From a virus (taxonomy: Duplodnaviria; Heunggongvirae; Uroviricota; Caudoviricetes): a DNA stretch of 14,993 nt. The stretch lies in the IMG/VR virus record IMGVR_UViG_2563366958_000011; one strand, given 5' to 3'. Positions 7,635 to 14,993 of this stretch are shown here, one piece after another (position 1 is the stretch's first letter; every line of letters starts with the position of its first letter). The position numbers and the translations under genes were made by a program. A model generated the notes under the pieces. The model worked only from the letters and a program-made list of their open reading frames with translations. It was not told the origin of the DNA and made no database searches.

Positions 7635-8229
7635 TTTCTTAACTTTCCATGCAGAAGCAACGCCTGACGGCGTAAACATCATGTACCGCAGCAACGATGG
7701 CATGACAGAACGCGTTGAGGCCGTCTCATATATTGATGCCGTAAATCGTCTGGATGCCGGGGATTATGACGATAAACCAGATGAAGGTATGTCAATACAT
7801 CTCGCTATTGCCGATGGCGGCAACCAGGGATATTTCGATTACACATCACAGCATAACGTCATTATGTGGAGATGGCTGATCGCAACAGTATTCATGCTGG
7901 AAATGAGAGAGGAAAACGGCACTGTCAGCATCATTGATGATACTGGCAATCCTTCCGAAGTGGCTGTTTATTCCAACGGCATCGTCGCCATGCCGCTGTA
8001 TCCAGTAGCAGAGCGCCTCGCTATGGCAAACAACATTGAGGGCGCGATGATAGAACGTTTTGGCATCGAGTCTGGCACAGAACGCGCCATCATTTTCTAC
8101 AGAGCCATGATGGATGTGGAACAAGGAGCACTGACTCCATTTGGTCGTGAAACGCTTGCTGAACTTCACAACAGCTTTATAGCTGAACTGAATGAAAACG
8201 GCATGCCAGCGGAACCAGTGACGCACTGA
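7627..8229 (+). CDS. hypothetical protein, 200 aa
   Basis: ATG 7627 overlaps the upstream stop (ATGAATAA). The longer track ORF from 7522 would overlap the previous gene by 112 nt, so the coupled start is preferred. Confidence 0.6.
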   Translation: MNNFLTFHAEATPDGVNIMYRSNDGMTERVEAVSYIDAVNRLDAGDYDDKPDEGMSIHLAIADGGNQGYFDYTSQHNVIMWRWLIATVFMLEMREENGTVSIIDDTGNPSEVAVYSNGIVAMPLYPVAERLAMANNIEGAMIERFGIESGTERAIIFYRAMMDVEQGALTPFGRETLAELHNSFIAELNENGMPAEPVTH

Positions 8230-8239
8230 GGATGGAGCC

Positions 8240-8581
8240 ATGATTACTAAAAATTTCCGACTGAATGCGCTGGCAAATAAGTATGCGTCGGCACTGTATA
8301 ACCACATTACCTCCACCAGCGGCGGGGACTATTTCATGGTTGATGCGGACGGCGAGGCCGTACGTGTGGAAATCGTCAATGGAGTAAAAGGCGTTCGCAG
8401 CCTGATCGATAGCTACACACTGGCAGCCATGAAAGTGTTCTACCCGCAGTGGGAAACCGTGGGGATCGAGCTTCTTGAGCGTTGCGTCACTAAGGACGGA
8501 TTGACTGACGTCGGGCGTGAGATATGGCAAAGCATGGTTAATGACATGGGCGCAACTGTAGCGGGAGGTTCTCATGCGTGA
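8240..8581 (+). CDS. hypothetical protein, 113 aa
   Basis: GAGG at 8228-8231, 8 nt before ATG 8240. Stop overlaps the next start. Confidence 0.65.
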   Translation: MITKNFRLNALANKYASALYNHITSTSGGDYFMVDADGEAVRVEIVNGVKGVRSLIDSYTLAAMKVFYPQWETVGIELLERCVTKDGLTDVGREIWQSMVNDMGATVAGGSHA

Positions 8582-8945
8582 AAATGCAGAAATGGCGCTT
8601 AGCTCCGCAATCGGAGAGCAGGTGGCAAAGATTGCTGGTGCTGTGTGGATTCATAACCTTCATTCTACTGGTGAAGAGAAAATGGCAATTCAGACGCCAG
8701 AGGGACGCACCATTACTACATCTCTGAAGCCGTCAGATGTTTGTGATCTGATTTGCGCATTCATGTACCCAGCAATGAGGACTGTCCACGGCGATAAGTG
8801 GAAACTTGCGACAACCGCTGAATTTGATATGTGGCTAAACAATGATGGCATGCTGACTGATTACGGAATAACCAAGTGGCAGATGCTGGTTAGCCATATC
8901 GCAAACGCTATAGACCACGTGGGGTACGGTGATGCGAAACATTGA
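8574..8945 (+). CDS. hypothetical protein, 123 aa
   Basis: ATGCGTGA overlap with the upstream gene. 3' end overlaps the primase start by 14-17 nt. Confidence 0.65.
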   Translation: MRENAEMALSSAIGEQVAKIAGAVWIHNLHSTGEEKMAIQTPEGRTITTSLKPSDVCDLICAFMYPAMRTVHGDKWKLATTAEFDMWLNNDGMLTDYGITKWQMLVSHIANAIDHVGYGDAKH

Positions 8946-11688
8946 TCTTATCCGTCAGGTTATCAGTGCGTCTGAAAACAACTGGCCTCATGTGCTGGGC
9001 TGCCTGAACATAAATGTCCCTGACTCTCCGCGCCGTCATGCTCCCTGCCCTGCATGTGGGGGCAAAGATCGATTCCGGTTCGATGACAACGGGCGCGGTA
9101 GCTTCATCTGTAATCAGTGCGGCGCTGGTGATGGGCTGGATTTAATTAAACGCGTAAATAACTGCGACACAACAGAGGCGGCGCTTCTTGCCGCTGATGT
9201 TCTGGGTATTGATTACCGGACAACGGAAACACCAGAAGCCACCAGCCAGAAACGGGAACAACTGGAAACCGAGCGCCAGCGACGCGAACAGGAGCGCCTG
9301 AAAAGGGCAGAGAAGGACGAACAACAAAGACGGGATACGTTTTCCCGTCAGTTTGATGACATGCGCAGAAAGGCTGTAAACGGCAAATCTGATTATCTGG
9401 TTGCGAAAGGGGTAGGTGATTTTACATTCCCCGTGTTGCCCGATGGATCTCTGTTGCTGGCGCTGGTGGATAAATCCGGCGCAGTCACAGCAGCACAGAC
9501 TATTACATCACATGGTGAAAAAAGACTCCTGACAGGTTCAGCAAAGCGGGGGGCATATCACGCCATAAACGCGCCAGAAACAACACAGAGCATCTTAATC
9601 GCAGAAGGGCTGGCAACGGCATTATCTGCCCATTTAATTCGTCCAGAGGCGCTGACAGTGGCGGCGATTGATGCCGGGAACCTGTTATATGTCCCCCAGG
9701 TACTGCGGGATAAATTTCCTTCAGCACAAATCATCATTGCTGCGGATAACGACCACAGCGAAGGAAGACAAAACACGGGGAGAATAGCAGCAGAAAAAGC
9801 AGCTTTATCTGTTTCTGGATGGGTGGCATTACCCCCGACAGATCACAAAGCAGACTGGAATGATTACCACCAAAAACACGGCATTAAATGCGCCACAGAA
9901 GCGTTCAATAAGTCAATGTACCAACCACAGGGTAATGGCGTGAAACATGAGCCACAGACCATTGAGGGAAGCGATTTTAAGGTTATGGATACCGACCCAC
10001 TGAAACCAAGAATAGAAAGCCGCGAGGATGGTATTTATTGGGTATCTCCGAGAGCTGACAGCCAGAGTGGAGAAATCATCAATAACGAAAGCTGGTTATG
10101 TTCTCCGTTAAGCGTTATCGGTACTGGCAGAGACGATAAAGACCAGTATCTCATTCTTCGCTGGCTGTCGTTTGGTTCTGAAACGCCGACAACCGCTGCC
10201 ATTCCACTGGCTGATATTGGTGAACGTGAAGGATGGCGCACACTTAAAGCTGGTGGGGTAAATGTCACGACCAAAAGCAGCCTCAGAGCAATACTGGCAG
10301 ACTGGCTACAACGCAGTGGCTCTCGTGAATTGTGGCGTGTTGCTCATGCCACTGGCTGGCAATGCGGAGCGTACATCATGCCTGATGGGGAAATCATCGG
10401 AACACCTGAAAATCCTGTGCTGTTCAGCGGGAGAAGCTCAGCCGCAGCCGGATATACCGTCTCAGGGAGCGCGAAAAGCTGGCGTGATAACGTGGCGCGT
10501 CTGGCCTTTGGTAACTATTCAATGATGACCGGGATCGGCGCAGCACTGGCAGCGCCATTGATTGGGCTGGTGGGCGCTGACGGGTTCGGCATTCATTTCT
10601 ATGAGCAGTCGAGCGCAGGTAAGACCACCACGGCAAACGTGGCGAGCAGCTTATACGGCAACCCTGATTTACTGCGGCTGACGTGGTACGGAACCGCGCT
10701 GGGGCTGGCAAATGAGGCCGCCGCCCACAATGACGGACTAATGCCGCTTGATGAAGTTGGTCAGGGCGCTGATCCTGTCAGCGTTTCACAGTCTGCCTAT
10801 GCGTTATTTAACGGTGTAGGGAAACTGCAAGGCGCTAAAGATGGTGGAAACCGGGATCTAAAACGCTGGCGTACAGTGGCAATCAGCACCGGAGAAATGG
10901 ATTTAGAAACATTTATCGCTACTTCCGGGCGAAAAACCAAAGCCGGGCAACTGGTGCGACTGCTGAATATTCCGTTGAGTAAAGCAGTACGCTTTCACGA
11001 TTACCAGAACGGAAAACAGCACGCAGACGCACTGAAAGACGCTTACCAGCATCACCACGGCGCGTCCGGGCGTGAGTGGATTAAATGGCTGGCAGACCAC
11101 CAGCAACAGGCTATTAAAACCGTTCGTGACTGCGAAAGCAGATGGAGAAGCCTGATCCCATCCGATTATGGTGAGCAGGTTCACCGTGTAGCCGCGCGAT
11201 TTGCCATTCTGGAGGCCGCATTGTTGTTAGGCGAGGTTGTAACAGGCTGGGATGCTCAGACATGCCGTGATGCGATACAGCACAGCTATAACGCATGGTT
11301 GCGCGAGTTCGGCACAGGTAACAAAGAGCATCAGCAGATTATTGAACAAACGGAGGCATTTCTTAATGCCTATGGGCTTAGCCGTTTTGCACCATTTCCA
11401 TACAGCCCGGCAGATTTGCCCATCAAAGATTTAGCCGGATACCGTCAGCGTGGAGAACATGACGAAAGCCCAATGATTTTCTACACATTCCCGGCCACAT
11501 TTGAAAAGGAGATCGCATGTGGTTTCAACGCAAAACAGTTTGCTGAAGTGTTGAAAAAAGCCGGGATGCTAACCCCACCAAACAGCGGTCGTGGATACCA
11601 AAGAAAATCACCACGTATTCAGGGACGACAAATAAACGTTTATGTACTCAATTACCAGCCAGGAGATTATAACTCATCTGAAGAATGA
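8929..11688 (+). CDS. DNA primase-helicase (P4 alpha-like): zinc-ribbon + TOPRIM primase + Walker-type NTPase, 919 aa
   Basis: N-terminal CPACGG...RFRFDD...CNQCG zinc ribbon. TOPRIM-like motifs ILIAEG and IIAADNDHSEG. C-terminal Walker A-like QSSAGKTT and Walker B-like MPLDEVGQ. Track start is GTG 8929; ATG 8932 is the likelier start. Confidence 0.9.
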   Translation: MMRNIDLIRQVISASENNWPHVLGCLNINVPDSPRRHAPCPACGGKDRFRFDDNGRGSFICNQCGAGDGLDLIKRVNNCDTTEAALLAADVLGIDYRTTETPEATSQKREQLETERQRREQERLKRAEKDEQQRRDTFSRQFDDMRRKAVNGKSDYLVAKGVGDFTFPVLPDGSLLLALVDKSGAVTAAQTITSHGEKRLLTGSAKRGAYHAINAPETTQSILIAEGLATALSAHLIRPEALTVAAIDAGNLLYVPQVLRDKFPSAQIIIAADNDHSEGRQNTGRIAAEKAALSVSGWVALPPTDHKADWNDYHQKHGIKCATEAFNKSMYQPQGNGVKHEPQTIEGSDFKVMDTDPLKPRIESREDGIYWVSPRADSQSGEIINNESWLCSPLSVIGTGRDDKDQYLILRWLSFGSETPTTAAIPLADIGEREGWRTLKAGGVNVTTKSSLRAILADWLQRSGSRELWRVAHATGWQCGAYIMPDGEIIGTPENPVLFSGRSSAAAGYTVSGSAKSWRDNVARLAFGNYSMMTGIGAALAAPLIGLVGADGFGIHFYEQSSAGKTTTANVASSLYGNPDLLRLTWYGTALGLANEAAAHNDGLMPLDEVGQGADPVSVSQSAYALFNGVGKLQGAKDGGNRDLKRWRTVAISTGEMDLETFIATSGRKTKAGQLVRLLNIPLSKAVRFHDYQNGKQHADALKDAYQHHHGASGREWIKWLADHQQQAIKTVRDCESRWRSLIPSDYGEQVHRVAARFAILEAALLLGEVVTGWDAQTCRDAIQHSYNAWLREFGTGNKEHQQIIEQTEAFLNAYGLSRFAPFPYSPADLPIKDLAGYRQRGEHDESPMIFYTFPATFEKEIACGFNAKQFAEVLKKAGMLTPPNSGRGYQRKSPRIQGRQINVYVLNYQPGDYNSSEE

Positions 11689-11711
11689 GCTTCTTCATGT
11701 GCGTAGAAAAG

Positions 11712-11826
11712 GTGTTGGTTCAGTTGGTTCAGTTGGTTCAATTTGTAAAGAGTATTGTTTTATAAGGATTTTATTCTTTTTATTGAACCAACACTGAACC
11801 AACAACACGGTATTTTGAACCAACAC
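11712..11826. repeat. iteron cluster, putative replication origin: three tandem GTTGGTTCA and three inverted TGAACCAAC(AC) copies flanking a 43-bp AT-rich spacer
   Basis: Direct 9-mers at 11714-11722, 11723-11731, 11732-11740. Inverted copies at 11784-11792, 11795-11803, 11816-11824. AT-rich spacer 11741-11783. Immediately 3' of the primase-helicase gene. Confidence 0.6.
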
Positions 11827-12144
11827 AATGTGACTGAATTGATGCGCACAACACCTGGCTGGCATCAGAGAGTGTTTTACGAGACTTTCGTAAAATCCTG
11901 TGTACAAGGGCGTGACGTTTTTGAAAGTGAGCACTACGAAATTTTCGTAGTTCAGAAAACAGCCTCTGAGAAGTTGTTATGCCTGTTCAGCAAACCATCC
12001 GCATAGCTGATCGCGAATCAAATTACCAATGGAGCCAGAAGCAAGGGCAGAACTGAAAAGCGCCTGCCGTGAAGAGTAATGCGACACCATAAATATAGTT
12101 TTTAGAGTCCATAAAAAACCTGTCAAAACCTGACACACAGAACG

Positions 12145-12178
12145 ATGCCACCAGCTACTGAGCGGTGGCATTTTTTTT
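12145..12178 (+). terminator. rho-independent terminator (7-bp GC-rich stem, extended by 3 inner pairs, followed by T8)
   Basis: tgccacc (12146-12152) pairs with ggtggca (12164-12170); inner pairs 12154-12156 with 12161-12163. TTTTTTTT at 12171-12178. Confidence 0.7.
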
Positions 12179-12197
12179 GTGCTATTTGTTTCATATT

Positions 12198-12246
12198 TTG
12201 CAATTACGATGATGAATATTGCGATTTGTGAAACTATAATAACTGT
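12198..12246 (+). promoter_or_regulatory. putative promoter/operator of the small RHH-like gene (-10 TATAAT at 12235-12240; inverted repeat GCAAT-N13-ATTGC at 12200-12222)
   Basis: Consensus -10 hexamer about 35 nt upstream of the ATG. The adjacent inverted repeat could be an operator. Confidence 0.35.
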
Positions 12247-12273
12247 TGTTTTATACAGTTCTAAGGGGGCGTT

Positions 12274-12435
12274 ATGGCTATTTCAGTAAAGCCGGTATTG
12301 ATAAGTGAGAAGCAAATGGAAGCGATAAAGAAAATTCAGGAAGAGCAGCGTAAAAAATCAGGAATTGGAGTAGCGCCAACTCTGCATGAAATTGCACGAG
12401 GGTTAATAGATAAGGCGCTGGCAGGCTGTATGTGA
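12274..12435 (+). CDS. small protein, 53 aa, predicted ribbon-helix-helix-like DNA-binding fold (below the ORF-track size cutoff)
   Basis: AAGGGGG SD at 12263-12269, ATG 12274, stop 12433-12435. MAISVKPVLISEKQMEAIKKIQEEQ...APTLHEIARGLIDKAL shows a strand-helix-helix pattern; the fold assignment is inferred. Confidence 0.55.
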   Translation: MAISVKPVLISEKQMEAIKKIQEEQRKKSGIGVAPTLHEIARGLIDKALAGCM

Positions 12436-12451
12436 AAATGGATGGCATCGC

Positions 12452-12808
12452 ATGGAACTAAAATTTATTGATAACCCTGTGCGATTACAGGCCTTTCTTA
12501 ACGAGCCAGGCAATACCGAAAATATTGTTGAGCCGGGGCACACGTACTACATCAAGCCTGATGCGGTATATCTCGGCATCTACGAAGGATTAGTGCTGGC
12601 TGGCGTTCATGAAGTGCGTAACTTCTGGCATAGCGTTGTTGAATGCCATGCGGTGTACGACCCCGGATTCCGTGGTGAATATGCACTGCAAGGACATCGA
12701 TTATTCTGCAAATGGCTTCTCGAAAACTCACCATTCCTTAACAGCATTACCATGGTTCCTGACACCACGAAATACGGACGGGCAATTATCCGTTTGCTTG
12801 GCGGGTGA
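12452..12808 (+). CDS. hypothetical protein, 3' end truncated by IS1 copy 2 (stop codon lies inside the IS1 left end)
   Basis: ORF begins 17 nt after the RHH-like gene. TGA at 12806-12808 belongs to the IS1 terminus GGTGATG, so the native C-terminus is missing. Confidence 0.55.
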   Translation: MELKFIDNPVRLQAFLNEPGNTENIVEPGHTYYIKPDAVYLGIYEGLVLAGVHEVRNFWHSVVECHAVYDPGFRGEYALQGHRLFCKWLLENSPFLNSITMVPDTTKYGRAIIRLLGG

Positions 12809-12858
12809 TGCTGCCAACTTACTGATTTAGTGTATGATGGTGTTTTTGAGGTGCTCCA

Positions 12859-13134
12859 GTGGCTTCTGTTTCTATCAGCTGTCCCTCCTGTTCAGCTACT
12901 GACGGGGTGGTGCGTAACGGCAAAAGCACCGCCGGACATCAGCGCTATCTCTGCTCTCACTGCCGTAAAACATGGCAACTGCAGTTCACTTACACCGCTT
13001 CTCAACCCGGTACGCACCAGAAAATCATTGATATGGCCATGAATGGCGTTGGATGCCGGGCAACAGCCCGCATTATGGGCGTTGGCCTCAACACGATTTT
13101 ACGTCACTTAAAAAACTCAGGCCGCAGTCGGTAA
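12859..13134 (+). CDS. insA: IS1 InsA, copy 2
   Basis: Translation identical to copy 1 InsA. Confidence 0.95.
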
Positions 13135-13556
13135 CCTCGCGCATACAGCCGGGCAGTGACGTCATCGTCTGCGCGGAAATGGACGAACAGTGGGGCTATG
13201 TCGGGGCTAAATCGCGCCAGCGCTGGCTGTTTTACGCGTATGACAGGCTCCGGAAGACGGTTGTTGCGCACGTATTCGGTGAACGCACTATGGCGACGCT
13301 GGGGCGTCTTATGAGCCTGCTGTCACCCTTTGACGTGGTGATATGGATGACGGATGGCTGGCCGCTGTATGAATCCCGCCTGAAGGGAAAGCTGCACGTA
13401 ATCAGCAAGCGATATACGCAGCGAATTGAGCGGCATAACCTGAATCTGAGGCAGCACCTGGCACGGCTGGGACGGAAGTCGCTGTCGTTCTCAAAATCGG
13501 TGGAGCTGCATGACAAAGTCATCGGGCATTATCTGAACATAAAACACTATCAATAA
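13053..13556 (+). CDS. insB: IS1 InsB frame, copy 2
   Basis: Translation identical to copy 1 InsB. Confidence 0.9.
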
Positions 13557-13566
13557 GTTGGAGTCA

Positions 13567-14316
13567 TTACCCAAATGCCGCAGCCCCCTCTGGATCCGCC
13601 TTTAACATTTGCGCGTATTGATTGTAATTCTGCATTGCGGCTGTTGGTGCATATGCTGACGTTAACGCATTTGCTCGGCTAATATCCTGCCCTCTCGCCT
13701 GAAGTGCTTCTCCGGCTTGATTGCTGCGGATCGTCTCTGCCAACTTGCCACGCTCAATATCCCGACCTTCCATTCGATCTTTGATATCGAAGTACTTCTC
13801 ATGACCGAGAGAAAACAGTGCCATACTACCAGCAAGCCGCTGGAATCCCTGTGGATCATTAACATGCATTTCGGCAACAGACTCAGGAGAAATTCCCAAA
13901 CGACGCATTTCATCTTCGTTATCTGCTATGAATTTTCCAAATGCCCCAGTTCCGAGCGAAGATGCGATTTGAGCACTAGTCGCAAGATGACCAATAGAAT
14001 TTCTCTGGTCGTCATCAATAAAGCCCATCCCTTTCTGAACGCTTTCAAATTCTTCTGGATACTCAGAAATAAGACTGCGCATTTTGTTTCTGTCTCCAGA
14101 CTCAAAAGCCCCGGCATATGCTTTCTGAAACTCTGCTTTACGCTGTTGTTGACGTGCCTGCTGATTAATCTCAGCAACGCCTCTTAGCCCCTGTAGCGCC
14201 ATTAAACCTACGTTTGGCTGCTGCTGATACTGCACAGGCTGAGGAACGGAAGAACGAGGAGCATTATCATTTTGCGGTGCCATGCTAGGCAGCCCGCCAA
14301 GTTGCCATGTCGCCAT
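13567..14316 (-). CDS. hypothetical Gln/Pro-rich protein, 249 aa; stop codon supplied by the IS1 right terminus, so probably C-terminally truncated
   Basis: Minus-strand ORF whose TAA (13567-13569) lies inside the IS1 end sequence. Start overlaps the upstream gene by 1 nt (TAATG), indicating an operon. Confidence 0.6.
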   Translation of the reverse strand: MATWQLGGLPSMAPQNDNAPRSSVPQPVQYQQQPNVGLMALQGLRGVAEINQQARQQQRKAEFQKAYAGAFESGDRNKMRSLISEYPEEFESVQKGMGFIDDDQRNSIGHLATSAQIASSLGTGAFGKFIADNEDEMRRLGISPESVAEMHVNDPQGFQRLAGSMALFSLGHEKYFDIKDRMEGRDIERGKLAETIRSNQAGEALQARGQDISRANALTSAYAPTAAMQNYNQYAQMLKADPEGAAAFG

Positions 14317-14993
14317 TAGAATCCAAGCCCCCCAACAAGACCAATAAGCCCACCACCAATAGCCCCGGCGACATTACCTATACCCGGAACAACGGAACCA
14401 AGTTGCGCACCCGCTAAAGCGCCTGATGCCGCCCCACCAATACCACGCGCAAGACTGGATGGCTGCTGCGCCTGACCTGCACGAATAGCGCCAAGCCCCT
14501 GCAAGAGTTGTCCGGTATTATTGGCGTAGTTTTGCCCTGCTGTTGCCTGCCCTGATGCCGCATTCATCCCGACATTTAGCAGGTTTCCATAATTTTGCAT
14601 TTGCCCACTGAGCCAATTGTTATAAAGCATGGGCGCAATGGAAGATAACTGGTTACTGGTAGCTGTTGAGCCAAGCCCCCCGGTAGCTTCTGCTGAGACA
14701 AGGTTCTGATAACGGGCCTGATCTGCCTGTGTTTTATATAAACCAGAACCAAAGAAATCATTCGCGGCTTTATTCTGCCCTTCCAGAGTCATCAGTCCTT
14801 GTAGTTGTTGTAAAGCAGGCAATCCGACTTCTGCATACGGCTTGAGATTATTCATCACCGTATTCCACTGCTCGCGCTGCAAATCAATTGCCTGCTGCTG
14901 GGCCTTCGCCTGAGCTTTAGAGGCACCACCATCACCGCCTTTTTCGTATACGGCACGATTGAGATGTTTATAAGCTATATGGGTAATTAACAT
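14316..14993 (-). CDS. hypothetical Gln/Asn/Gly-rich protein with a C-terminal glycine-zipper hydrophobic segment; N-terminus may lie beyond the window edge
   Basis: Minus-strand ORF reaching the window end. C-terminus GIGGAASGALAGAQLGSVVPGIGNVAGAIGGGLIGLVGGLGF looks like a membrane-inserting glycine zipper. Possibly a phage ejection or structural protein, or a bacteriocin-like protein; family not recognised. Confidence 0.55.
   Translation of the reverse strand: MLITHIAYKHLNRAVYEKGGDGGASKAQAKAQQQAIDLQREQWNTVMNNLKPYAEVGLPALQQLQGLMTLEGQNKAANDFFGSGLYKTQADQARYQNLVSAEATGGLGSTATSNQLSSIAPMLYNNWLSGQMQNYGNLLNVGMNAASGQATAGQNYANNTGQLLQGLGAIRAGQAQQPSSLARGIGGAASGALAGAQLGSVVPGIGNVAGAIGGGLIGLVGGLGF

Larger units (their letters stand above)
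12804..13571 (+). mobile_element. IS1 insertion sequence, copy 2, 768 bp, same orientation as copy 1, no target-site duplication
   Basis: Same terminal repeats and identical InsA/InsB translations as copy 1. Flanks are tgcttggcg (12795-12803) and caaatgccg (13572-13580), which do not match. Confidence 0.97.

Noticed and set aside
7522-8229. 235-aa version of the 200-aa gene
   Set aside because: The longer start would overlap the previous gene by 112 nt. The ATG at 7627 fits the start/stop-overlap pattern of the operon.
9142-11296. Several 60-95-aa ORFs on the minus strand within the primase gene
   Set aside because: They are antisense to a well-supported long gene, lack SDs and are typical shadow ORFs.
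11714-11824. Short tandem repeats as a possible CRISPR array
   Set aside because: The 9-bp units are abutting or inverted with no spacers of regular length. The pattern is that of origin iterons, and no cas genes are present.
11755-12006. 83-aa plus-strand ORF between ori and terminator
   Set aside because: Its start lies inside the iterons, there is no SD, and the composition is not protein-like. Left as a possible sRNA or UTR region.

Overview
The window opens on a complete proA gene followed by tRNA-Thr(CGU) (thrW-type), then a tRNA-integrated mobile island in an Escherichia/Shigella-like context. Left to right the island carries: two 21-bp direct repeats (probable attL arm sites), a P4-type tyrosine integrase, a 330-bp repeat/palindrome array, an AlpA-family regulator, four SD-preceded genes of unclear function (one antirepressor-like), a promoter with a structured leader, eight small translationally coupled genes, a 919-aa zinc-ribbon/TOPRIM/Walker-NTPase primase-helicase, an iteron-type origin, a strong intrinsic terminator, and a small RHH-like gene paired with a downstream gene. 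Two identical IS1 copies in direct orientation interrupt it: copy 1 (5572-6339) has a perfect 9-bp target duplication; copy 2 (12804-13571) has none and truncates genes on both flanks. Beyond copy 2 lie two minus-strand Gln/Gly-rich genes of apparently different origin. No capsid, terminase or tail genes, no CRISPR array, no rRNA. The organisation (int, alpA, primase-helicase, ori, no virion genes) fits a phage-satellite-like island (P4-like/PICI-like). The best candidates for an undescribed system are the int-proximal cargo genes at 3679-5598, the leader at 6409-6563 and the RHH + 118-aa pair at 12274-12808. All identifications are by reading the sequence and from memory of protein families; no homology search was run.
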